From NCBI GenBank assembly GCA_014905635.1, contig JABVCE010000011.1, forward strand, positions 682,001-746,000: 64,000 nucleotides of DNA, read 5' to 3'. The position numbers and the translations under genes are program-made. The notes under the pieces were generated by a model. The model was not told the DNA's origin and made no database searches. It was given only the letters and a program-made list of their open reading frames with translations. The DNA comes from Scenedesmus sp. PABB004 (taxonomy: Eukaryota). How positions within the stretch are numbered: the stretch's first letter is position 1; each line of letters opens with the position of its first letter. Below are positions 23,040 through 34,362 of the stretch, in pieces.

Positions 23040-23482
23040 GGCGGCGCTGCGGGCGCGCCGGCCCGCTGCTGCTGCTCAGGCCCGCAGGGCCACGCGTGGC
23101 AGGCGCGGCGCGTGTCCGCCCATGCGAGTGGCTAATTTGGGACTCGGGGACCGCGCCGCGACCGAGCCCGGGGGCGCACGGACACGGACGGGAGCGCGGC
23201 GGCCAAGCTGTCGGCACTGCTGCTGCTGCTGCCGCCGGTGCTGGCGCCACGCCGGCGCCGGCGCTGCTCCGGGTGAGTGGAGACGTGGGTGCGAGTGGGG
23301 GGCTGACCGTGGGACTTGCGCCCTGGCGCAGAACCGCTGCGGCCCACTCAAACGCCACGGCCTGAGTGGCGCGCTGCGACCGCGGCCAGCGCCTGCTCAG
23401 AAAATTCCTGTGCTGTCACCTGTGCGCACGCATGCACTACTGAACACGCCCGCCGCAGAAAAGCGCCGCCGCCGCGCGCCCG

Positions 23483-24727
23483 TCAGCCGCCGAAGCGCCG
23501 CCGCGCGAGCGCGCTGACCGCATCGCCGGCCGCCGCCGCCGCCCACCCCGCGTCGTCGCCGCCGTCCCAGCTCGCGCCGAGCAGGCCGGGCGCCTGCAGC
23601 ACGGTCAGCACCGCGGCCGCGAGGAAGCCTGCCGCCAGCATCAGGCCGCTCCAGGCCAGCAGCAACAGGCCGCCCAGCGAGCCGGCGCGGCGCGCGCGCG
23701 GCGCCGCCACGGCCGCCACCGCGCCGGCGCCGTCGCTGCCGCCCTCGGCGCCAGCTGGGTCAGTGGCTGCCGGCTTGGGCGCCGGGGCCTCGCGCGCGGG
23801 CGACGAGCTGCGGCCGCCGCCGCCCGCCGACCACGCGCCACGGTCGTCGTCGTCGTCGGCCGCCGCCGCGAGCTGCTGGTCCAGCTGCCGCGCGACGTCG
23901 TCCGCGCCCGCGCCGCCGGCCTGCTCCTTGCCGCGCGCACCCGCGGGCCGCCCCGCGCCGCCGGCTTCGGGCTCGCGCGGCCGCGCCGCCGCTGCGCCGG
24001 CTGCGCCGGGCGGGCGCTGGGCGCCCCCGCCCGCAGCGCTGCCGGCGCCAGTCTGGCGCGCGGTGTCGTCGAAGCTCAGCACGCGCGCCACGCTCTTGCC
24101 GGCGCTGCCGTCCAGGGGCGGCGTGATGCAGCTGGGCGTGCCGGCGCCCCCGGCACAGGGCGCGCCGCCGGCGGCGGCGGCAAGCCGGCCCGTGGCGATG
24201 CGGCTGCCAAACGCGCTGCCCCCGCAGGGCGGCGGCGGCGTCGCGCGCGGCCCGCCGCGCAGGCTGAGCGCGGCGCTCGCGGCCGCGCGGGCCCCCGTGC
24301 GCGCGAGCGTGCCGTGCGTCTTGGCGGGCGCGCCCGCGGCGCCGCCCCGGCCGGCGAGCGCGCCCGGCGGCGTGGCGGCGGGCGCGCCGGCGCCGGCGGC
24401 GGACGGCCGCGCGCTGCCGCGGCCGGCGAGCTGGTACACGGGCGCGCCGCCGGCGCTCGCCGCGCCCTTCCACTTGCTCGGCGCCGACGGCGGCGGCGCG
24501 GCGCTGGAGATGTTGAACACGGGCGTCACGGCGTCATGCCCGCTCTGCTGGGGCAGCGGCGCCTGCGCGCCCACGCCAGCGGCGTCGGGGCCCGCGCCGG
24601 CCGCCGCGGCCGCCGCGGCGCCCCCGCCGCCGGCGCCAGGCGAGCCCGGGGTCGCGGCGGCGGGCGTGGCGTGGCCCTTGCCGATGCGGGAGGCCGTGGG
24701 GGCCGCTGGGGGCGTGGCGCACGCCAT
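23483..24727 (-). CDS. Hypothetical Ala/Gly/Pro-rich protein with C-terminal hydrophobic segment
   Basis: 414-aa ORF with islands such as VTPVFNIS and VARVLSFDD, and TM-like GLLLLAWSGLMLAAGFLAAAVLTVL; 3' end may be spliced. Confidence 0.55.
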   Translation of the reverse strand: MACATPPAAPTASRIGKGHATPAAATPGSPGAGGGGAAAAAAAGAGPDAAGVGAQAPLPQQSGHDAVTPVFNISSAAPPPSAPSKWKGAASAGGAPVYQLAGRGSARPSAAGAGAPAATPPGALAGRGGAAGAPAKTHGTLARTGARAAASAALSLRGGPRATPPPPCGGSAFGSRIATGRLAAAAGGAPCAGGAGTPSCITPPLDGSAGKSVARVLSFDDTARQTGAGSAAGGGAQRPPGAAGAAAARPREPEAGGAGRPAGARGKEQAGGAGADDVARQLDQQLAAAADDDDDRGAWSAGGGGRSSSPAREAPAPKPAATDPAGAEGGSDGAGAVAAVAAPRARRAGSLGGLLLLAWSGLMLAAGFLAAAVLTVLQAPGLLGASWDGGDDAGWAAAAAGDAVSALARRRFGG

Positions 24728-24918
24728 GGCGGGGCGCCGATTTTCGAGCGGCGCGCACAGCAGCGGGCGTCGCAGCGGCTGGTGCGGCTGCGCGCCCGCC
24801 GGCTGTGCGGGGCTGAGCGCGGCTCTGGCGGTCTAGGCGCCCTCCGCGGGGGCAAGGGCGCGGCCTGGACGAGCGTTGGCGCGTTAACGAGCCAAAACCG
24901 CGGCGGCGCAAGCATACA

Positions 24919-26510
24919 TCACGCGCCGCCCTCGCCGCCGCGCCGCAGCTGCGAGATGCGCGTCGGCGGCAGCGCGCAGGCCTGGCTGTCGCAGCAGTCG
25001 GGGAAGGCGCAGTCGCAGGGGAAGCCACGGACCTTGCGGAACGTGAGCGACACGCGGCGCGCGGCGCGCGGGAGCTGCTGATCGTCGACCACATCGCTCT
25101 TCCGGTGCGGGATGGCGTGCCGCCAGCCCAGCCGCGCCTCGCCCGCCATGACGAGCAGAGAGCGCCGCGGCAGGTAAATCGCTACTCGCTCCTCCTCCGG
25201 CTGCTGCTGCTGCTTCTCCAGCTGCTGCTGCTGCTGCTGCTCCGGTTGCTGCTGCTGCTGCTGCTCCGCCTGCGCCGCCGCGCAGCCGCTGCCCCGCCGA
25301 AACTCCATGACGCAGCCGCCGGCAAGGCTGAGCGAGGCGATTGCGCCCGTGAACGCGCTGTGCGTGTCGATGTGCGCGGAGAGGCCGACGCCGGGCGCGT
25401 ATTCGTTGACGGTCAGCTGGTCCAGCGCCTGGCCCACCTCCGGCAGCGCCTGCGCCGCGGCGGCGCGCGAGCGCCGCACGGCGTATGGGCGCCGCCGCCA
25501 CGCGGCGTGCGCCACCACGCCCGGGCCCGCGCGGTGCGGCCGCCGCCGCCGCCGCCGCACCTGCAGGCGCGCCGCGAGCGCCGCGGCCCAGGGCGGCAGC
25601 GCGCCGAGCGGCGCGCCCGGGTCGACGCCGCGGTCGGCGTAGCTGAAGGCGAAGCCGTGGTGCTGCACGCGCCGCTTGGACAGCGGCGCCCAGGGCTGCT
25701 CGTCGACAGCGGCGAGCAGGCGCGCCTCCTCCTCCGCGCTCACAAAGGACGCGTGCAGCGACAGCCCCGGCACGCCCGCGTCGGCGGCGGTGAGCGCGAC
25801 GGGCAGCAGCGGCTGGACGTGCGTCTGCGCGCGGCGGGCGCGCGGGCGGCGCGGCAGGGGTCCCGTGTGGCGCGCCGCCGCCGCTGCTGCGGCCCGGCCA
25901 GGGCCGCCGGCAACCGCGGCTGCAGCCGCCGCCACCCCCGGCGCACCTGCGGCTTGGGCGCCACCAGCTCAGCGTGCTTGATTGAAAAGGCCCGCCCCGG
26001 CAGCCAGGGCACGGGCCGCCCGCCCAGCGCCGCGCGCGCCGCGGCGGCCTCCGCGGGCGAGGAGAAGCTCGCGTAGAGCACGGGCCGGCCGTCGCTGGGC
26101 GCGCGCACCTCCGGCGCGGCGCAGTCGGCGGCGGCAAAGGGCTGCAGCGCCGCGCGCAGCGCCGCCTCGCAGCCGGCGCCGGCGTTGGCCACGCACAGGT
26201 GCCGCGTGACCGCGCTGGGGTCGGCGGGGCGCCTGAAATTCAGGGCAGGTCCGACGCCGTCGCCCGAGACCTGCAGCGGCACGCGCCGGCCATGAGAGGC
26301 GGAGGCAGCGGCAGCGGGCGCGCCGCCGCGCCGCGCCGCGCCGAGCGCCGCGCCGCTGCCGCTGACGCCTGGCCGTGCGCTGGCGGGTGGTGCGGCGCAG
26401 CGACCACGGGCACTGCCGGCCGCGGGCCTCGCCTGAGCGTGCCGCCGCGGGCCGCGCACACCCGCCGCTGCTGCCCTCAAAGGCCTGCCGCGCCCGGCGC
26501 CGCGCACCAT
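24919..26510 (-). CDS. ALKBH8: ALKBH8-like RRM + AlkB 2OG-Fe(II) dioxygenase + Cys cluster (no methyltransferase domain)
   Basis: VPGLSL..FVS.EEE, KRRVQHHGF.F.Y, DQLTVNEYAPGVGLSAHIDTHSAF, WRHAI, RVSLTFRKVR..PCDC.FP..CDSQ; start at 26510 is inferred (in frame). Confidence 0.9.
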
Positions 26511-27020
26511 GCTGCTGCCTGATCACCACGCCCGCGCGTCGTGATGGTGGGCAGAGCGCGACCTGGCACGCACCCCGGGCGCCGTCTCACTGCGCTTGCC
26601 GCGCGGCGGCGGAAGCAGCAGCAGCACGCGGCCTGGCCCGTCGCGCGCTGCGTTGTGGGTCCAGCTCTTCTATGCCTGGCAAGCCTGACCCGCGCTGGGC
26701 CGCCCCGGCTCGGAGAGCGACGCGCTGGAGCTGAGGCGGTTCAGAGGCGCGCGCGCCGCACAGCCCCAGGCGCACCGCGATCCACGGCGCCACGCGCCCG
26801 CGCTGCCGCCGCCGCCCAAGTCAGACAGCGTGCTGCACAGCACGCTGCCGACTGTCAATCACCGCCGCCAACCGCCGCCGCACCACACGCAACGCTCAGG
26901 TCCTCCAGCAGCTCTGCACCAGAGCGCCCAGCACCGTGCTCGCGTCGCCCTGCTCCACACACGCCCACCAGCATGCAGCTGGCCGACGAGCCGCCCCACC
27001 CCACTGCCGCCGCTCCCCCG

Positions 27021-28606
27021 TCACACGCCCACCTCGCGCAGCAGCCCGTCGAGCGCGCGGCGCAGCACGCCCTCGTCGCCGCCCGCGCGCACGAGCGCGG
27101 CCAGCAGCGCGTAGCGGCTCCGCAGCCCCGCCACGCGCGCGTCGCTCGGCTGCAGCCCGCACAGCGCGTCCATGCCCGCCTGCACGCGCAGCAGCAGGTC
27201 CAGCGCGCCGGGCGGCGGCAGGGCGTCCAGCAGCTCAATCAGCTGCTCCCACGCCTGCTGCGTGCTCGCAAAGGGCGCCAGTGCCGGCGGCAGGCCGCCC
27301 ACGCGGCCGCTGGCCGCGTGGGCCAGCTGGTGCTCCGCGCCCGGCGCTGGCACGACCGCCAGCCGCAGCTGGCCAGCAGGCGCGCCCTGCTGCGCGCTGG
27401 CGCTGACGTCAGCGGCGGCCGTGACTGCCGACTCTGCCCCGCCGCTGCCCCCGTGCTGCTGGCCGGGCTGCCCAAAGGCTGCCGCCGCAGCCGCTGCGAT
27501 CTGCAGCTGGGCTGGCGTGGTGGGCACCAGCCGGCTGGCGCCCAGCGCCGCACCGCCGCTGGCTGCCTGGCGCGACGCGGCCCGGGCCGTGCTGCGCCCC
27601 GGCGCCGTGCGCTGCCGCTGCGCTGACCGGCCGGGCTGCCGCGCCCCGCGCTCCGGTGTCTGGGCGGCGCTGGGGCAAGTGCCCACGAGGGCTGCAGCGG
27701 CTGCACTCGTGCCGGCCTCGCCAACGCCCGCCGCCTGGCCGGCTGCGGGGCTGTGCACGTGCACCTGCAGGCGGTTGGGCGCCGCCGCCGCCTTGAGCCG
27801 CACCACCTCGCAGCCTGCAGCGGCGCGGCCCAGGGAGGGCGGGATGGTGTAAATGCGGTTGCCCTTGCCCACGGTGACGGTGTTGCGCTCACTGGGGTCG
27901 CCTGCGGGGCCAGGGCACAGCATGCTGGTGAGCGCCGGCACGGCGCTGGAGCAGGGCGGGCAGCAGCCAGCAGGGCGGCGGCCGGCGTGAGCGCCACCCA
28001 CCCGCCAGCGCCACGCCGTCCTTGTGCACCTCCAGCTGCACGCCCTCCAGTGGCAGGGCCTGGCCAGGGAAGGCCGCCGCAAAGAGCTGCACCGGCAGGA
28101 CGAGCTGCCTGCCCACCTTTGATGCCTCCACCACCTTCTTGCCCTGGCCCTGCGACGGCAAGCGGCGGCGGGCGCGCGAGCAGTGATCAGCCAGCTGCCA
28201 GCACTCAGCAGCACCTCCCAACCAGCTGCAGCCAGCTGCGACGCTGCCCCGGCCGCACCCTGCACTCGTGCGTGTGCCAGCCGCTGCGCGCGACCTCAGC
28301 CGTTGCTGCCGCCTGTGCCGCCTGGTGCGCCGCCGGCGACGCCAGGTGCAGCGTGAGCTGGCCGCTGCCGGCAGCGGCGACGAGGCACGTCAGCGTGTGG
28401 CCGGCCAAGGGCGACAGCAGCGAGGTGACGCCGGAGAGGGTGCACCGGGCACCACCTCGCTTGCGCGTGTACGTCGCCAGGCGGCCCCTGGCAGACGCGG
28501 CGCCGCCACCTGCACGCGTCGCCAGCAGCTAGTGGCGGTGGGCAAGGCGCGCGCACCAGCTCTGCGGCTGGCTGCGCGCAGCCCACCTGCCGCACCTGTC
28601 GCCGCG
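27021..28606 (-). pseudogene. Family X copy 1, 5'-truncated
   Basis: Matches copy 2 at offset ~1725; homology ends at ~28606, where it abuts sequence downstream of the copy 2 stop codon. Confidence 0.65.
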
Positions 28607-28745
28607 GGTGCACGCAACGCTCAGGTCCTCCAGCAGCTCTGCACCAGAGCGCCCAGCACCGTGCTCGCGTCGCCCTGCTCCACACACGCCCACCAGCATG
28701 CAGCTGGCCGACGAGCCGCCCCACCCCACTGCCGCCGCTCCCCCG

Positions 28746-31150
28746 TCACACGCCCACCTCGCGCAGCAGCCCGTCGAGCGCGCGGCGCAGCACGCCCTCG
28801 TCGCCGCCCGCGCGCACGAGCGCGGCCAGCAGCGCGTAGCGGCTCCGCAGCCCCGCCACGCGCGCGTCGCTCGGCTGCAGCCCGCACAGCGCGTCCATGC
28901 CCGCCTGCACGCGCAGCAGCAGGTCCAGCGCGCCGGGCGGCGGCAGGGCGTCCAGCAGCTCAATCAGCTGCTCCCACGCCTGCTGCGTGCTCGCAAAGGG
29001 CGCCAGTGCCGGCGGCAGGCCGCCCACGCGGCCGCTGGCCGCGTGGGCCAGCTGGTGCTCCGCGCCCGGCGCTGGCACGACCGCCAGCCGCAGCTGGCCA
29101 GCAGGCGCGCCCTGCTGCGCGCTGGCGCTGACGTCAGCGGCGGCCGTGACTGCCGACTCTGCCCCGCCGCTGCCCCCGTGCTGCTGGCCGGGCTGCCCAA
29201 AGGCTGCCGCCGCAGCCGCTGCGATCTGCAGCTGGGCTGGCGTGGTGGGCACCAGCCGGCTGGCGCCCAGCGCCGCACCGCCGCTGGCTGCCTGGCGCGA
29301 CGCGGCCCGGGCCGTGCTGCGCCCCGGCGCCGTGCGCTGCCGCTGCGCTGACCGGCCGGGCTGCCGCGCCCCGCGCTCCGGTGTCTGGGCGGCGCTGGGG
29401 CAAGTGCCCACGAGGGCTGCAGCGGCTGCACTCGTGCCGGCCTCGCCAATGCCCGCCGCCTGGCCGGCTGCGGGGCTGTGCACGTGCACCTGCAGGCGGT
29501 TGGGCGCCGCCGCCGCCTTGAGCCGCACCACCTCGCAGCCTGCTGCGGCGCGGCCCAGGGAGGGCGGGATGACAAAAACGCGCCTTTTCTCGTCCACGTC
29601 GACAAGACGCTCGCCGGGGTCGCCTGCGGAGCCAGGGCACAGCGTGCTGGTGAGCTGCAGGCACGGCGCTGGAGCAGGGCGGGCAGCAGCCAGCAGGGCG
29701 GCGGCCGGCGTGAGCGCCACCCACCCGCCAGCGCCACGCCGTCCTTGTGCACCTCCAGCTGCACGCCCTCCAGTGGCAGGGCCTGGCCAGGGAAGGCCGC
29801 CGCAAAGAGCTGCACCGGCAGGACGAGCTGCCTGCCCACCTTTGATGCCTCCACCACCTTCTTGCCCTGGCCCTGCGACGGCAAGCGGCGGCGGGCGCGC
29901 GAGCAGTGATCAGCCAGCTGCCAGCACTCAGCAGCACCTCCCAACCAGCTGCAGCCAGCTGCGACGCTGCCCCGGCCGCACCCTGCACTCGTGCGTGTGC
30001 CAGCCGCTGCGCGCGACCTCAGCCGTTGCTGCCGCCTGTGCCGCCTGGTGCGCCGCCGGCGACGCCAGGTGCAGCGTGAGCTGGCCGCTGCCGGCAGCGG
30101 CGACGAGGCACGTCAGCGTGTGGCCGGCCAAGGGCGACAGCAGCGAGGTGACGCCGGAGAGGGTGCACCGGGCACCACCTCGCTTGCGCGTGTACGTCGC
30201 CAGGCGGCCCCTGGCAGACGCGGCGCCGCCACCTGCACGCGTCGCCAGCAGCTAGTGGCGGTGGGCAAGGCGCGCGCACCAGCTCTGCGGCTGGCTGCGC
30301 GCAGCCCACCTGCCGCACCTGTCGCCGCGCCGTCCACCATCACGTCCACCTGCACCTCGCAGGGCTGGTCGGGGAACGCTGCGGCCGCAAAACGCAACGG
30401 GAGGTTCATACTGGTGTTCTTGAGCACCTGGCGCTGCACACGTGTCACACACAGCGGGCGCAGCAGTGAGGCAGCGCCGCCGGCACGCCAAAGCTGCCGC
30501 CGCCCCCACGCGCCCCGCCGCTCACCGTCTCCACCTGCCGGCTGCCGTCAGGCTGCACAAGAACCTCGTGTGCCTTGCCGCCGCGCTGCCGCTTGGGCTC
30601 CCGGCCGCTGCCGGCGCTGCCGGCCCTCGCCCGCTTGTGCTGGTGGCCCGCGGCCGCGCTCTCGCCCCTCTCGCCGCCGCCGTCTCTCTTGACGCTGCTG
30701 CCCAGCGCGGCACTCGCCAGCAGCTCCTCCTCACCTCCATCCTCCTCGCTCGCCGCCTCGCTGCCGCTCCACTCGCCGAGCGATGCGGCGCCCCCGTCCG
30801 CGCTGCTCGGGCCGGACGCGCTGCCGCCGCTGCCAGCCGCCACTCCCGCCACGCCCTCCTGCGGAGACAGGCGCAGCGGCGTGTGAGGCGTGACGGTAGG
30901 GGGCGCGTCGGACCGCGAAGTGGGGCGCGCGCGCACAGCGGCAGGCTGGCGCTTGCGACAGCGGGCGCGGCGCCGCGCCCGCCGCGCCGGTGGCCGTGCT
31001 GCTGACACCTGGCCGTGCGCTGGCGGGTGGTGCGGCGCAGCTACCACGGGCACTGCCGGCCGCGGGCCTCGCCTGAGCGCGCCGCCGCGGGCCGCGCACA
31101 CCCGCCGCTGCTGCCCTCAAAGGCCCGCCGCGCCCGGCGCCGCGCACCAT
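28746..31150 (-). CDS. Family X copy 2: uncharacterised protein with acidic region, basic NLS-like motifs, two related LP..FAAA(A)FP domains and a helical C-terminus
   Basis: Spliced exons EGVAG..HKRARAG..PKRQR..HEVLVQPDGSRQ, LPLRFAAAAFPDQPCEVQVDV, LVLPVQLFAAAFPGQ, WEQLIELLD..REVGV*; 5' exon structure ambiguous. Confidence 0.6.
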
Positions 31151-31664
31151 GCTGCTGCCTGATCACCACGCCCGCGCGTCGTGATGGTGGGCAGAGCGCG
31201 ACCTGGCACGCACCCCGGGCGCCGTCTCACTGCGCTTGCCGCACGGCGGCGGAAGCAGCAGCAGCACGCGGCCTGGCCCGTCGCGCGCTGCGTGCGTTGT
31301 GGGTCCAGCTCTTCTATGCCTGGCAAGCCTGACCCGCGCTGGGCCGCCCCGGCTCGGAGAGCGACGCGCTGGAGCTGAGGCGGTTCAGAGGCGCGCGCGC
31401 CGCACAGCCCCAGGCGCACCGCGATCCACGGCGCCACGCGCCCGCGCTGCCGCCGCCGCCCAAGTCAGACAGCGTGCTGCACAGCACGCTGCCGACTGTC
31501 AATCACCGCCGCCAACCGCCGCCGCACCACACGCAACGCTCAGGTCCTCCAGCAGCTCTGCACCAGAGCGCCCAGCACCGTGCTCGCGTCGCCCTGCTCC
31601 ACACACGCCCACCAGCATGCAGCTGGCCGACGAGCCGCCCCACCTCACTGCCGCCGCTCCCCCG

Positions 31665-34051
31665 TCACACGCCCACCTCGCGCAGCAGCCCGTCGAGCGC
31701 GCGGCGCAGCACGCCCGCGTCGCCGCCCGCGCGCACGAGCGCGGCCAGCAGCGCGTAGCGGCTCCGCAGCCCCGCCACGCGCGCGTCGCTCGGCTGCAGC
31801 CCGCACAGCGCGTCCATGCCCGCCTGCACGCGCAGCAGCAGGTCTAGCGCGCCGGGCGGCGGCAGGGCGTCCAGCAGCTCAATCAGCTGCTCCCACGCCT
31901 GCTGCGTGCTCGCAAAGGGCGCCAGTGCCAGCGGCAGGCCGCCCGCACTGCCGCCAGCCGCCAGCTGGTGGCTCACGCCCGCTTGCACGACTGCCAGCTG
32001 CAGCTGGCCAGCGGGCGCGCCCTGCTGCTGCCGCTGCGCACTGCCGTCAGCGGCGTCAGTGACTGCCGACTCTGCCCCGCCGCTGCCGCCGGGCTGCCCA
32101 AAGGCCGCCGCCGCAGCCGCTGCGATCTGCAGCTGGGCTGGCGTGGTGGGCACCAGCCGGCTGGCGCCCAGCGCCGCACCGCCGCTGGCTGCCTGGCGCG
32201 ACGCAGCCCGGGCCGTGCTGCGCCCCGGCGCCGTGCGCTGCCGCTGCGCTGACCGGCCGGGCTGCCGCGCCCCGCGCTCCGGTGTCTGGGCGGCGCTGGG
32301 GCAAGTGCCCACGAGGGCTGCAGCGGCTGCACTCGTGCCGGCCTCGCCAATGCCCGCCGCCTGGCCGGCTGCGGGGCTGTGCACGTGCACCTGCAGGCGG
32401 TTGGGCGCCGCCGCCGCCTTGAGCCGCACCACCTCGCAGCCTGCTGCGGCGCGGCCCAGGGAGGGCGGGATGACAAAAACGCGCCTTTTCTCGTCCACGT
32501 CGACAAGACGCTCGCCGGGGTCGCCTGCGGAGCCAGGGCACAGCGTGCTGGTGAGCTGCAGGCACGGCGCTGGAGCAGGGCGGGCAGCAGCCAGCAGGGC
32601 GGCGGCCGGCGTGAGCGCCACCCACCCGCCAGCGCCACGCCGTCCTTGTGCACCTCCAGCTGCACGCCCTCCAGTGGCAGGGCCTGGCCAGGGAAGGCCG
32701 CCGCAAAGAGCTGCACCGGCAGGACGAGCTGCCTGCCCACCTTTGATGCCTCCACCACCTTCTTGCCCTGGCCCTGCGACGGCAAGCGGCGGCGGGCGCG
32801 CGAGCAGTGATCAGCTAGCTGCCAGCACTCAGCAGCACCTCCCAACCAGCTGCAGCCAGCTGCGGCACTGCCCTGCCCGCACCCTGCACTCGTGCGTGTG
32901 CCAGCCGCTGCGCGTGATGTCCTCCGCTGCCGCTGCCAGCGCTGCCACCTGCGTCGCCGGCGACACCAGGCGCAGCGTGAGCTGGCCGCCGGCAGCAGCG
33001 ACGAGGCACGTCAGCGTGTGGCCGGCAAAGCGCGACAGCAGCGGGGTGACGCCGGTGAGGGTGCAATCTGAGTAGCCTTGCTTGCGCGTGTACGTCGCCA
33101 GTCGGCCCGTGACCGCCGCCGCACTGCCACCTGCACGCGTGCCAGCGGCGGCGAGCGGTTGGCAAGGCGCGCGCCCCAGGTCCGCGGCTGGCTGCGCGCA
33201 GCCCACCTGCCGCACCTGGCGCCGCGCCGTCCACCATCACGTCCACCTGCACCTCGCACGGCTGGTCGGGGAACGCTGCGGCCGCAAAACGTAACGGGAG
33301 GTGCACTTTCATGCTGGCCGTCCTGAGCACCTGGCGCTGCGCTCGTATAACACAGCGGGCGCAGCAGTGAGGCCGCGCTGCCGGCGCGCAAAAGCTGCCG
33401 CCGCCCCCGCGCACCCTGCCGCTCACCATCACCACCTGCCGGCTGCCGTCAGGCTGCACAAGAACCTCGTGTGCCTTGCCGCCGCGCTGCCGCTTGGGCT
33501 CCCGGCCGCTGCCGGCGCTGCCGGCCCTCGCCCGCTTGTGCTGGTGGCCCGCGGCCGCGCTCTCGCCCCTCTCGCCGCCGCCGTCTCTCTTGACGCTGCT
33601 GCCCAGCGCGGCACTCGCCAGCAGCTCCTCCTCACCTCCATCCTCCTCGCTCGCCGCCTCGCTGCCGCTCCACTCGCCGAGCGATGCGGCGCCCCCGTCC
33701 GCGCTGCTCGGGCCGGACGCGCTGCCGCCGCTGCCAGCCGCCACTCCCGCCACGCCCTCCTGCGGAGACAGGCGCAGCGGCGTGTGAGGCGTGACGGTCG
33801 GGGGCGCGTCGGACCGCGAAGTGGGGCGCGCGCGCACAGCGGCAGGCTGGCGCTTGCGACAGCGGGCGCGGCGCCGCGCCCGCCGCGCCGGTGGCCGTGC
33901 TGCTGACACCTGGCCGTGCGCTGGCGGGTGGTGCGGCGCAGCTACCACGGGCACTGCCGGCCGCGGGCCTCGCCTGAGCGCGCCGCCGCGGGCCGCGCAC
34001 ACCCGCCGCTGCTGCCCTCAAAGGCCCGCCGCGCCCGGCGCCGCGCACCAT
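31665..34051 (-). CDS. Family X copy 3
   Basis: Tandem repeat of copy 2 at offset ~2901 bp with the same exons. Confidence 0.6.
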
Positions 34052-34362
34052 GCTGCTGCCTGATCACCACGCCCGCGCGTCGTGATGGAGGGCAGAGCGC
34101 GACCTGGCCACGCACCCCGGGCGCCGCCTCCGCTGTGCCGGCCGCGCGGCGGCGGCAGCAGCAGCAGCACGCGGCTTGGCGCGCCACGCGCTCACAGAAG
34201 TGCGGTGCGGACGTGGCCAGCTCTGGCGTGCCTGGTGTGCCTGACCCGCACTGGGCTCGACGGCCGCCGCGCTGAGTCGCGGCGGTTCAGAGGCGGGGCG
34301 CCCAGCAGGCCCGACCAGCGCACGCGCGTCACCCGCTCCAACCCGTGAACACGCGCGTCACC

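Noticed and set aside
25195..25270. Poly-Gln insertion in ALKBH8 (also the lipase and uS7 leaders)
   Set aside because: CAG-type low-complexity tracts are common in chlorophyte proteins
26340..34300. Family X repeats as a transposon or LTR element
   Set aside because: No transposase, RT or integrase motifs, terminal inverted repeats or target-site duplications seen; the pattern fits tandem duplication, though a non-autonomous element is not excluded
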